A stretch of 32,000 nucleotides of DNA from NCBI RefSeq assembly GCF_000981785.2, contig NZ_CP011304.1, forward strand, positions 3,510,001 through 3,542,000. Direction: 5' to 3'. The notes beneath the pieces are model-generated. The model saw nothing but the letters and a program-made list of their open reading frames with translations, did no database searches and was not told the DNA's origin. Positions 16,707 through 25,141 of this stretch are shown here, in pieces. How positions within the stretch are numbered: position 1 is the stretch's first letter; every line of letters begins with the position of its first letter. Made by a program: the position numbers and the translations under genes. This DNA is from Microcystis aeruginosa NIES-2549 (GTDB lineage: Bacteria > Cyanobacteriota > Cyanobacteriia > Cyanobacteriales > Microcystaceae).

Positions 16707-17255
16707 TTAAATGGGAATACCGAGGGGAGGACAGAGAATTTTAATTAATTCAATTCCTCCCGTGATTAAAATGTTTCTTAGTTGAGAATTTTTCTTGATT
16801 TTTGCGTCAACTTGTGCGACAAAAGTTTGTTTTTCAATTTCGGTATTAGTGGGATAAGTTTGGGTGAGTTGGCTGATAAATTGTTGGATTTCTTGGGCGG
16901 CTTCGGCTAAATTTTGGGGTGTGGCGTAATTATGTTGAACTGCTTTTTGATCTCCTTGCACCGTATCGGCAAAGTTAGCAATATTTGCTCCACGAAGGTC
17001 ATATTTAGGAGTTTCTGACATAGGATTAAAAGATTGAAGATTACTGATGACAATTATAGCATCCATAATGGCAAAACTGACATTAAGATCGGCTTCAATT
17101 TCTAGGGCTTGGCATAGAGTGGGAATGGCTTTTTCGGTGGCAAGTTTAGCTAAGGATTGAGCGGCTTTAATCCGAATACTTGGATTCTTGTCTGTGAATA
17201 GTCTTTTGGCAAGAGTTCTGATAATTAAATCGAGGGATTCTGTACTCAATTTCAT
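16707..17255 (-). CDS. HEAT-repeat-like protein with a cyanobacterial C-terminal tail domain
   Basis: N-terminal DKNPSIRIKAAQSLAKLATEKAIPTL (HEAT/PBS-lyase type repeat). The C-terminal DLRGANIANFADTVQGDQKAVQHNY...LAEAAQEIQQFISQL... is a tail often seen after pentapeptide or HEAT repeat proteins. Starts 1 nt after the upstream fragment's stop. Confidence 0.55.
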   Translation of the reverse strand: MKLSTESLDLIIRTLAKRLFTDKNPSIRIKAAQSLAKLATEKAIPTLCQALEIEADLNVSFAIMDAIIVISNLQSFNPMSETPKYDLRGANIANFADTVQGDQKAVQHNYATPQNLAEAAQEIQQFISQLTQTYPTNTEIEKQTFVAQVDAKIKKNSQLRNILITGGIELIKILCPPLGIPI

Positions 17256-17256
17256 A

Positions 17257-17613
17257 TCAGTTTACTGCATAACGAGAGCCAATTTTACCGAGGGCATCAA
17301 CAGCACTGAAACGAACGCTATCATCTTCATCGGAACAAACATTTACTAGATAAGGAATAACATCTTCTAGTCCAATTTCACCTAAAGCAATTGTGGCTGT
17401 GACACGAACTTTTACTTCCTTGTCTTGTAGGGATTTAATGAGATAGGATATTGCTTTTTCACTACCAATTTTTCCGAGAGATTCCGCCGTGATTATCCGA
17501 ATATCGGGATTAGTATCAGATAAGCAGGAAGCTAGATAAGGAATTGCGGATTCATTGCCAATTTCTCCTAAAGCTCGAATCAGATTTAGGCGAACATTAA
17601 GATCATTTTCTCC
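17257..17613 (-). pseudogene. HEAT-repeat C-terminal fragment without a start codon, cut by IS630
   Basis: Hand translation gives GENDLNVRLNLIRALGEIGNESAIPYLASCLSDTNPDIRIITAESLGKIGSEKAISYLIKSLQDKEVKVRVTATIALGEIGLEDVIPYLVNVCSDEDDSVRFSAVDALGKIGSRYAVN*. The open frame runs straight into the IS terminus at 17614. Confidence 0.6.
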
Positions 17614-18565
17614 TATAGCAAAGAGCGGGATAGTTAGGACATAATAGAGAAAAAGAAATGAGGAGAAGCTTTCATGGCAGCACCCTATAGTGATGATTTA
17701 AGACAGAAAGCAGTGAGTGCCGTAGAGCGAGGGGAGAAAAAAAGCCATGTCTGTCGCACCCTCAATATTAGTCGTAATACATTAGACATCTGGCTGAAAC
17801 GGAAGAAACAAACTGGGACGGTGGCCGCTAAAACTAACTATCGTCGAGGGCCCAAGCCCCAAATTGACGATTTAGAAGCCTTTCAAAAGTTTGCCGAACA
17901 ATATGGGCATTTGACCCAAGAAAAAATGGCGCAAAAATGGGCTAACCCAGTCAGTAGGATGAGAATTGGTCAAGCCCTCAAAAGAATTGGATTTACTAGA
18001 AAAAAAAAACTTATGGCTACAGAGAAAGAGAGGAAGAAGCCCGAAAAGAGTTTCTCCAAAAAATCAGAGGTTATGCCCCGGAAAGATTTGTCTATATTGA
18101 TGAAGCTGGAATAGATAACACCATCGATTACCCTTATGGATATTGTCACAAATCAGAAAGATTTGAGGCTTTAAAGTTAGGTCACTGTAGCGAACGAGTT
18201 AGTGTGATCAGCGGTTGGTGGCGTGGTTCCACTATCGCGCCAATGGTGTTTGAGGGGTACTGTAATACAGAGTTGGTGTGTGAGTGGATAGAACAATTGC
18301 TATTACCCGAACTACTACCCGGTCAAATTATCATCATTGATAACGCCAGTTTTCATCCCAAAGAGAGAATCAAAAAATTGTTAGCTAAAGCGGGATGTGA
18401 AGTGCTATTTTTACCCGCCTATTCTCCAGATCTCAACAAAATTGAAAAGTTCTGGGCTAGATTGAAAAACTATGTTAGTCAGATTATCAATGATAGTGAA
18501 AACCTTGTGGATGCTGTGAGTAAAGCCTTCAGGCATCTGTCCTAACTAACTCGTTTTATGCCATA
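17614..18565 (+). mobile_element. IS630-family insertion sequence (copy A)
   Basis: 28-bp terminal inverted repeats with 22/28 matches: TATAGCAAAGAGCGGGATAGTTAGGACA (17614-17641) against the reverse complement of 18538-18565. The outer TA is consistent with TA target duplication. Encodes a DDE transposase. Confidence 0.8.
17674..18545 (+). CDS. IS630-family transposase, split into two frames at an A10 run (orfA 17674-18114; orfB frame readable from 18009 to 18545)
   Basis: OrfA holds the HTH part (...RTLNISRNTLDIWLKR...). The -1 frame from 18009 reads TYGYREREEEARKEFLQKIRGYAPERFVYIDEAGID...IIIDNASFH...LPAYSPDLNKIEKFW (DDE motifs). The A10 run is at 18000-18009. Confidence 0.8.
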
Positions 18566-19404
18566 GCAGGAATTTTGTTCTGATTATCATCAAAAACTGA
18601 ACAAAGCATCCACAAAAGTAGAGGAGTTTCTCCCAATTCCTTGAGACGATTTCCCAACTGTTTAAGCATTTCTTCGCCTTTTTCAGGCAAATAGGCCTTG
18701 ACAAAATACCGCATCTGTGGTTCAGTCAGGGGAAGCATTTCCAGCTTTTTTTCAATATCTAAGTCGTCGCTGCCTAAATCCCTTGTCGTGAAAATCATCG
18801 GAATTTCTGCATACTGATGGCGAAAGTTTTTTAAATTCTGTCGTGCAGTATATGAGGGCAATTCATTGATACCATCAAATAATAATAATGGGCTAAAATT
18901 CTGATTTTCTAACAGCCAACTTTCTAGGGTATTACTATCAATAATTAATTTATGGCGTTTCAGGAATTGTAAAATTAAATCAAGAATTGAGGTTTCATAC
19001 AAGCGTAATTCGATGAGAATGGGAATTTGAATGATTTTAGCTTGATTTTGTTGATTTAGGCGCAAGCTTTGCGCCCCTACAGATTCTTCTAATAATAATC
19101 TGGCTAAAGCGGTCGATTTTCCTGAACCGGGACGACCTTTTAAAAGAACGTGATTAGCGGCATACTTGCGTAAACCATCTAAAACCGTGAATCTTTCGTT
19201 TTTTTCTGGTCTTTCTGGTCTTTCTTGTCGGTTTTGTGGTTCTTTTTCAATCGTCTGTACCCACAAATCCCTTAGCAAAGGTGCAGTTTTCGACGGGCGT
19301 GTTTTTCCCTCTACGTCCGTGAGGGTGTAAAATGTCTCCCATTGGGCGTACTTTTCCGAGATTGATTTGAGATAGGGAGTCCAGTCAATCATTGATGCTG
19401 TCAA
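18556..19404 (-). pseudogene. N-terminal fragment of a NACHT/STAND P-loop NTPase, terminated inside the IS630 terminus
   Basis: Walker A GRPGSGKST, Walker B LLLFDGINE, then ...ETPLLLWMLCSVF. The last 3 codons and the stop come from the IS terminal repeat. The expected helical/winged-helix part of NACHT is absent. Confidence 0.7.
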
Positions 19405-19461
19405 GTATTTAAATTACCTGTTGAGACGAGGAAAAAGGCAACCCCCCAACCCCTAGCAGGG

Positions 19462-19506
19462 GTAGGGTTGATTCATGAATCAACCCTACTATGAATCAAC
19501 CCTACC
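19462..19506. repeat. Palindromic element GTAGGGTTGATTCATGAATCAACCCTAC plus a partial extra arm
   Basis: Perfect 28-bp palindrome at 19462-19489, identical to 7746-7773, followed by TATGAATCAACCCTACC. Confidence 0.8.
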
Positions 19507-19622
19507 TTGCTTATTTTTAATTGTAGGCTAAGAAGATTTGGTCATGACTTACAAGATAGAATCGGAGTTTCTGCTTATCTCTCTCCTGTCAGACAGGGAA
19601 AACCCCATCCGAATATAAACAC

Positions 19623-19982
19623 TCACGCTGCTGTCGTACCTTGTTCCAAGCACTTTAGCGTATATCTGGCACGAGTTTTAAGAATTGTTAATTGATCTGT
19701 TTTTGCCAACAACTCATCTAACTCAGCTACTTCATCAGCGCAGAGTAAAGATTCTGCATTTCTCGTCACTAAATCATCTAAACGGGTTTGCTCTACTAGG
19801 GACAATTGACAACTTGCCAGTGCTTTTAATTCATCCACACTCAAACCAATCAAACAATCTTCATCGAGTCCTAATGAATTGGCAAATCGAGAATAGGTGT
19901 TCCAGTCTAATAAAACCCCAACTCGTTCCCCTTGCTCATTTGTTAAGTATTCTACTGGCTTGGACATATTAGAAACACTCAC
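19623..19982 (-). CDS. Hypothetical protein (antitoxin-like N-terminus)
   Basis: 119-aa ORF with plausible composition. No partner toxin is visible. The plus-strand ORFs overlapping it look like antisense artefacts. Confidence 0.45.
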   Translation of the reverse strand: MSVSNMSKPVEYLTNEQGERVGVLLDWNTYSRFANSLGLDEDCLIGLSVDELKALASCQLSLVEQTRLDDLVTRNAESLLCADEVAELDELLAKTDQLTILKTRARYTLKCLEQGTTAA

Positions 19983-20048
19983 AATACAATATAATACTAT
20001 TTTAGTAATTAATTCCAGAAAATGCCATTGATCGCCGATCAGGTTATC

Positions 20049-20183
20049 TTATTTTTGTTTTCCTAATTGTTGGCTTTTCTAAAAAGTTGGTGCGTTACGG
20101 CAATATTTAGACCTTGATTTTTTCCCTAAAAACAATGGATGCCTAACGCACCCTACGTTTATTTTTGTTTTCCTAATTGTTGG
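20049..20183. repeat. 25-bp perfect (about 40-bp imperfect) direct duplication of the VanY 3' end flanking a small inverted-repeat element
   Basis: TTATTTTTGTTTTCCTAATTGTTGG at 20049-20073 and 20159-20183. Between them lie GGTGCGTTACGGCA (20089-20102) and TGCCTAACGCACC (20140-20152), an inverted repeat. Confidence 0.75.
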
Positions 20184-20893
20184 GCCTTATAAAAAGTTTC
20201 TAAACTGTGACTATCCCCGACAAAACGCCAGTGCCAGGGTTCATAATTAATACCCTGGGGATTATTTTCGGGGAAAGATAACTCGAAACTATACTGGGCA
20301 GCGTTATTTTGCAACCAACGAAAAGCGGCAGTATTAGCAAAACTGCTACTTAAATTCGTTGCGGGAGCGCGACCATCGCCAATATCGATCGCATAACCGG
20401 TATGATGTTCGCTGTAACCCGGAGGTGCGCTCACTTCTGCTCGTTTGCGGGTTTGCTGATTGCGTTGTTTTTTAACTTCAAAAAAGAGCTTTTCTTGGGT
20501 TGCTTTCGATCGAAATGCGGAAATCGGCATTAAAATCACCCCCGACCTTCTCGCGTCACTCTGCATCTGGATAAAAGCCTTGGCTGCTGCCTTCCTTAAA
20601 CGCATAGCACCATCCCCAGTAATAGGGGCTAATTCCGTCTCCGGGGCCTCTTGATAGGGTAAATGACCTAGAATGTTCTCAATGGGGCTAGGAGTGGCTT
20701 TAATCAGGGGGGAGGGGTTAATAACCGGTTTTTTTACGGAAGCAGGGGGACGATTCAAGACTGCTATGGCAATTAGGCCGGTTCCCACCAGAGCAAGTAA
20801 ACCGCTTGCGATCGCTATTAGACCATTAGGATTAGTAGTTTTTCTGTACTGGTTGTCCCGCAAAGCTTCGGGAATATCATCGATCGGTTTCAC
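20159..20893 (-). CDS. D-alanyl-D-alanine carboxypeptidase, VanY/M15B family, membrane anchored
   Basis: SAPPGYSEHHTGYAIDIGD (SxHxxGxAxD zinc motif) and EPWHWRF. N-terminal TM LIAIASGLLALVGTGLIAIAVL. GTG start. Confidence 0.85.
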   Translation of the reverse strand: MKPIDDIPEALRDNQYRKTTNPNGLIAIASGLLALVGTGLIAIAVLNRPPASVKKPVINPSPLIKATPSPIENILGHLPYQEAPETELAPITGDGAMRLRKAAAKAFIQMQSDARRSGVILMPISAFRSKATQEKLFFEVKKQRNQQTRKRAEVSAPPGYSEHHTGYAIDIGDGRAPATNLSSSFANTAAFRWLQNNAAQYSFELSFPENNPQGINYEPWHWRFVGDSHSLETFYKAQQLGKQK

Positions 20894-20924
20894 GGTTTAC
20901 TTACCCTCCTGCACCATAATTACA

Positions 20925-22316
20925 TTATTCCCCGGCCACTCCATCTTGACGAGCAGCCTGTTGAACGGCGGCGGCCACAGCCGTAACTACACGACCATCA
21001 AAAACCGAGGGAATAATATTCTCTCGATCGAGATTAGCAGGAGTGATCAAAGAAGCGATCGCTTTGGCCGCTTCCAGATACATATTATCGGTGATTGCCC
21101 TAGCGCGACAGTCCAGGGCCCCGCGAAATAATCCGGGGAAAGCGAGAACATTGTTAATCTGATTGGGATAATCGCTGCGTCCGGTAGCCACCACGGCCAC
21201 TAAATCATTGATTAATTCCGGTTGAATTTCGGGAATGGGATTAGCCATGGCAAACACGATCGCATTTTTAGCCATTCCCTTAACCATTTCGGGAGTCAAT
21301 ACCCCCGGTGCGCTCACCCCCAAGAAAACATCAGCTCCTTTGAGAGCATCCCCTAGCTTACCACTGGCGGCCACGGCCCAAGCTTGTTTTTCTGGGGTTA
21401 AATCGTCCCGTTGTTGGGAGAGGATGCCATGGGAATCACAGAGGATGATATCTGTGGCTCCTGCGGTTTTAAAGAGAGTAGCGATGGCGATTCCCGCCGC
21501 ACCCGCACCATTAATGACGATTTTGACTGTATCAAGCGATTTTTTGACAAATTTGAGGGCATTAATCAGGGCAGCCAGGGAAACGATCGCTGTACCGTGT
21601 TGATCATCGTGGAAAACGGGAATATTTAATTCTGCTCGCAGACGTTTCTCGATTTCAAAACAGCGGGGAGCGCCGATATCCTCTAGGTTAATACCCCCAA
21701 AAACCGGAGCGATTCTTTTAACGGTTGCGATGATTTCTTCGGGGTCCTGGGTGGCTAAACAGATGGGAAAAGCATCAATTCCGGCGAATTCCTTGAATAA
21801 CATCGCTTTCCCTTCCATTACCGGCAAAGCAGCCTCTGGTCCGAGATTTCCTAATCCTAATACCGCGCTACCATCGGTCACTACAGCGACGGTGTTGCCC
21901 TTGATCGTCAATGAGTACACAAGTTCGGGTTGGTGAGCGATAGCGGTGCAGATGCGACCAACTCCGGGGGTGTAGGCCATGGCCAGGTCATCTTGGGAGG
22001 TGAGGGGAATACGACTTTCAATGGAGATTTTACCCCGACGATGGAGATCAAAGGTGCGATCGGAAACTTTGAGCAGTTTAACATCCGGTAGCGCTTTAAC
22101 CGCGGCGATAATCTGTTCCGCTTGGTCGGTACTAGCGGCATCAACCATCACTTCTCTGGTGCTAATCTTTAAATTGCGTTCGATTAGAGAAATTTGCCCT
22201 AAATTCCCCCCCACATCGGCGATCGCATTGAGGACAGAAGCGAAGGTTCCCGCTTGATTGGGGATTTCTATCTTGAGACTTAGACTATAGCTAGGATTGG
22301 GCGTTAAATGAACCAT
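20925..22316 (-). CDS. NAD(P)-dependent malic enzyme with N-terminal ACT-like domain
   Basis: ...LAMAYTPGVGRIC..., VVTDGSAVLGLGNLG, NGAGAAGIA dinucleotide fold. ATG at 22316 (MVHLTPNP) is preferred over the TTG at 22331. Confidence 0.9.
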   Translation of the reverse strand: MVHLTPNPSYSLSLKIEIPNQAGTFASVLNAIADVGGNLGQISLIERNLKISTREVMVDAASTDQAEQIIAAVKALPDVKLLKVSDRTFDLHRRGKISIESRIPLTSQDDLAMAYTPGVGRICTAIAHQPELVYSLTIKGNTVAVVTDGSAVLGLGNLGPEAALPVMEGKAMLFKEFAGIDAFPICLATQDPEEIIATVKRIAPVFGGINLEDIGAPRCFEIEKRLRAELNIPVFHDDQHGTAIVSLAALINALKFVKKSLDTVKIVINGAGAAGIAIATLFKTAGATDIILCDSHGILSQQRDDLTPEKQAWAVAASGKLGDALKGADVFLGVSAPGVLTPEMVKGMAKNAIVFAMANPIPEIQPELINDLVAVVATGRSDYPNQINNVLAFPGLFRGALDCRARAITDNMYLEAAKAIASLITPANLDRENIIPSVFDGRVVTAVAAAVQQAARQDGVAGE

Positions 22317-22434
22317 GCTGAAGGCTTCCAATACTGATAAATATTGATTATCTTCTATCTGTGAGAGACTTTGGTATCTAATCGTGCAGTTTCTTTGGCT
22401 ATTAGGGTCTCTCTGGGCCTAATACCAGGGGAGC

Positions 22435-22466
22435 GGGGTGTGGGGTGTGGGGTGTGGGGAGAGGGG
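22435..22466 (+). repeat. (GGGGTGT)n heptamer array, a canonical G-quadruplex motif
   Basis: GGGG TGT GGGG TGT GGGG TGT GGGG AGA GGGG. Five G4 tracts with 3-nt loops in the divergent malic-enzyme/pip intergenic region, on the pip sense strand 49 nt before the ATG. Confidence 0.85.
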
Positions 22467-22514
22467 AGATGGCAAATTAGGTTAGACTTCATCTTAATGA
22501 GAAAGACTGTAAAT

Positions 22515-23465
22515 ATGACTAGAGAATTATATCCGGCGATCAATCCCTATTGTACTGGTTACTTAAAAGTATCGGCTCTCCACACAATTTATTATGAAGA
22601 AGTGGGCAATCCCCAGGGTAAACCGGTAGTATTTCTCCATGGCGGGCCTGGAGGTGGTATTGAGGGGATTTATCGTCAGTATTTCGATCCACAGAAATGG
22701 AGAATTGTCCTTTTTGATCAACGGGGTTGCGGTAAAAGTACCCCCCACGCTGAGTTAAGAGAAAATAACACTTGGCTGTTAGTGGCAGATATCGAAAAAC
22801 TACGAGAATTATTAAAAATCGAGCGCTGGGTAGTTTTTGGCGGTAGTTGGGGAAGTACCCTATCTTTAGCCTACAGTCAAACCCATCCCGAACGCTGTTT
22901 AGGCTTAATTTTGCGCGGGATTTTTCTACTGCGAGAAAAAGAATTAAAATGGTTTTATCAAGAGGGAACCAGTTATATTTTTCCCGATATTTGGCAGAAT
23001 TATTTAGCACCTATTCCCCCAGAAGAAAGGGGGGATTTGCTGGCCGCTTATTATCGGCGCCTGACTAGCGATAACCCCCAAATCCGTCTAGAAGCTGCCA
23101 AAGCTTGGTCAATTTGGGAGGGAAGTACCAGCAAATTAATTCCCGCAGACAATTTAATCGAGAGATTCGGTCAGGATAATTTTGCCGAAGCTTTTGCACG
23201 CATTGAATGCCATTATTTTGTCAATAAGGGTTTTTTAGAAACGGATAACCAACTGATCGAAAATGTTGATAAAATTCGTCATATTCCTGCGGTTATCGTG
23301 CAAGGACGTTATGATATTGTTTGTCCGATGATTTCTGCTTGGGAATTACATCAAGCTTGGACGGAAGCGGAATTTATCATTGTTCCCGATGCGGGACATT
23401 CGATGACAGAAGTGGGAATTCGTAGTGCTTTAATTGAGGCTACCGATAAATTTGTTAACTTATAA
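22515..23465 (+). CDS. pip: Prolyl aminopeptidase (proline iminopeptidase)
   Basis: LYPAINPY..GYL......IYYEE.GNP.GKPVVFLHGGPGGG and GGSWGSTL (GxSxG). The 316 aa from ATG 22515 fit the family. The track start at 22371 reads through the G-rich repeat. Confidence 0.9.
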   Translation: MTRELYPAINPYCTGYLKVSALHTIYYEEVGNPQGKPVVFLHGGPGGGIEGIYRQYFDPQKWRIVLFDQRGCGKSTPHAELRENNTWLLVADIEKLRELLKIERWVVFGGSWGSTLSLAYSQTHPERCLGLILRGIFLLREKELKWFYQEGTSYIFPDIWQNYLAPIPPEERGDLLAAYYRRLTSDNPQIRLEAAKAWSIWEGSTSKLIPADNLIERFGQDNFAEAFARIECHYFVNKGFLETDNQLIENVDKIRHIPAVIVQGRYDIVCPMISAWELHQAWTEAEFIIVPDAGHSMTEVGIRSALIEATDKFVNL

Positions 23466-23470
23466 ATCAC

Positions 23471-25141
23471 CTAATTATCGTGATGATTTTGCCAAATTTG
23501 TTCGTAGGCTTTTTCCATATCTAGGGTAAATTTTTTTCCATTCCAGAGGGGAGATCTATGACGAGATTGACGTAATTGATAACGAATTTCTTCCCTTAAA
23601 TTTTGATCTAATCCTAACTTAATTCCCCACTGCACATATTCCTCATCACTCCAAGCTATACCCTGACTAATGCCGGCATTTTTCATAAAAGTATAGCTAT
23701 TGCGGGCCGCGAATTGTTCACCAACCCTAGTGACTAAAGGAATCCCCATCCAGAGGGTTTCTAGGGTTGTGGTAGCACCATTATAGGGATAGGTATCGAG
23801 AACTATATCAGCAATTACTAGATTAGCGCGATGGGTTTCCTCATTGAAATCATTGGGCAAAAATCTTAATCTATCTTGACTAATTCCCAATTCGTCGGCA
23901 CTTTTGAGAAATAATTCTCGAATGGTTTCTTTGTCGGCAAAACCTTTGATTAAAAGATAGCTATTAGGAACCTGTTGAAGAATCTGCAATTGCAGATAAA
24001 TCATGTTTAAGGTGCGTTTTAATCCCGATTGCACGGTCAGATAAATAATAGCATCATCGGGAATATTTAAATCAGTTCTTCTCCTAGTGGGAACACCCAC
24101 TTCAAAACCATCTACAGATAAATAAGAGTTAGGAAGTCGGATGATTTTTTCTGAATAAATTTCTTCAGCATTTTCGGGTAAAACGTAGTTATCGGCAATA
24201 AAATAATCAATCGCAGGGATTCCAGAGGCATCTAATCCTAACCAAGTTACCTGTATCGGTGCTGGTTTTAAAGCCATTACTAGACAAGTTGTATTATTAG
24301 TTAAGCTATCAATATCCACTAAAATATCTAAGTTATCTTGACGAATTTGGGCAGTTATCTGTTCAATTTTTGCGGGCAAATTATAGCTATAATCTGAGTT
24401 ATTTATAAACCATTTCTCAGTAATTTCATCCGCTGCTTGGTTGACAAAATAGGTGTAAATTTCAAATTTATCTCGATTATGATAGTGAAATAACCAGCGA
24501 CTTAACCAACCCACAGAATGACGACGGAGAGTATAGGCAATATAACCAATTTTTATTTTTCTTGCTGGAGATTTTGGAGAAGAAACAGGAGCAATATAGT
24601 TATAGCGGATTCTTACATCTGCTTGAAAAATTTCTGCTAGTTTACTTTGTAAATAGCGATTGATTTTCGGATTATCTTGATAGTAGGGAAGACAGATAGT
24701 AACCCCTAAAATAGAGTCAATAATAAAAGGACGTGCATTAAATTGTTTAGCATTAATTTGTCGCTCGATTAGTTGTATTAATTCATCAATAAATTTAGGT
24801 AAATTTCCCCAGTCTCCTTTAGCTTGTGAAATAGCAATTACTAGAGAAATTCCCAAGAGCTTTTCAGTAGTTGTCTGGCAACTTTTATAAAAATTATCAG
24901 CAATTTCTAGAGCTTTTTTATAGTCAACAGTGGTGGTTTTATAAAGATTAAACAAACTATTTTGTAGGTATAAATCCTCTGGGAGAAAGCGCAAACAAAG
25001 TTCTACTAAATTAATGGCAAATACACTTTGCTTTTGTTGATAAGCATAATTGACAATTGCTGAGATAACTTTGGCTGCAATTATTTCTGGATTATTGATA
25101 TGTAAGGCTGCTAATTCTAAAAAGTGGATGGTATATAGCAC
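23471..25141 (-). CDS. SPINDLY-family (GT41-like) O-GlcNAc-transferase-type glycosyltransferase with TPR-like N-terminus; 5' end abuts IS630
   Basis: KIKIGYIAYTLRRHSVGWLSRW..., APIQVTWLGLDASGIPAIDYFIADNYV..., DTYPYNGATTTLETLWMGIPLVT are typical of COG3914. The GTG start codon (25139-25141) and the following two codons lie inside the IS630 terminal repeat, so the start is doubtful. Confidence 0.7.
   Translation of the reverse strand: MLYTIHFLELAALHINNPEIIAAKVISAIVNYAYQQKQSVFAINLVELCLRFLPEDLYLQNSLFNLYKTTTVDYKKALEIADNFYKSCQTTTEKLLGISLVIAISQAKGDWGNLPKFIDELIQLIERQINAKQFNARPFIIDSILGVTICLPYYQDNPKINRYLQSKLAEIFQADVRIRYNYIAPVSSPKSPARKIKIGYIAYTLRRHSVGWLSRWLFHYHNRDKFEIYTYFVNQAADEITEKWFINNSDYSYNLPAKIEQITAQIRQDNLDILVDIDSLTNNTTCLVMALKPAPIQVTWLGLDASGIPAIDYFIADNYVLPENAEEIYSEKIIRLPNSYLSVDGFEVGVPTRRRTDLNIPDDAIIYLTVQSGLKRTLNMIYLQLQILQQVPNSYLLIKGFADKETIRELFLKSADELGISQDRLRFLPNDFNEETHRANLVIADIVLDTYPYNGATTTLETLWMGIPLVTRVGEQFAARNSYTFMKNAGISQGIAWSDEEYVQWGIKLGLDQNLREEIRYQLRQSRHRSPLWNGKKFTLDMEKAYEQIWQNHHDN

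Noticed and set aside
17614-18567. Clean in-frame restoration of a NACHT-HEAT gene by removing 954 nt
   Set aside because: The 954-nt removal is in frame only if two non-IS bases (GC, 18566-18567) are counted as element. With the 28-bp inverted repeats and the standard TA duplication the flanks are out of frame, and the NACHT domain is incomplete. Simple insertion is therefore not supported.
19507-19972. Plus-strand ORFs 19507-19695 and 19685-19972
   Set aside because: The first spans intergenic sequence from a non-ATG start. The second is antisense to the more protein-like minus-strand ORF 19623-19982.
20460-22257. Plus-strand ORFs 20460-20654, 20673-21131, 21235-21603, 21411-21629, 21730-21936, 21979-22257, and the minus-strand out-of-frame ORF 21908-22144
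   Set aside because: The plus-strand ORFs are antisense to the VanY-type and malic-enzyme genes, and 21908-22144 lies in an alternative frame inside the malic-enzyme gene. All have Ala/Ser/Pro/Arg-rich shadow-frame composition.
22371-22514. N-terminal 48-codon extension of the pip ORF
   Set aside because: It is a translation of the GGGGTGT repeat and intergenic sequence (GERGVGCGVWGEGRW). Proline iminopeptidases start at the MTRELYP-type N-terminus, and ATG 22515 gives the family-typical length.
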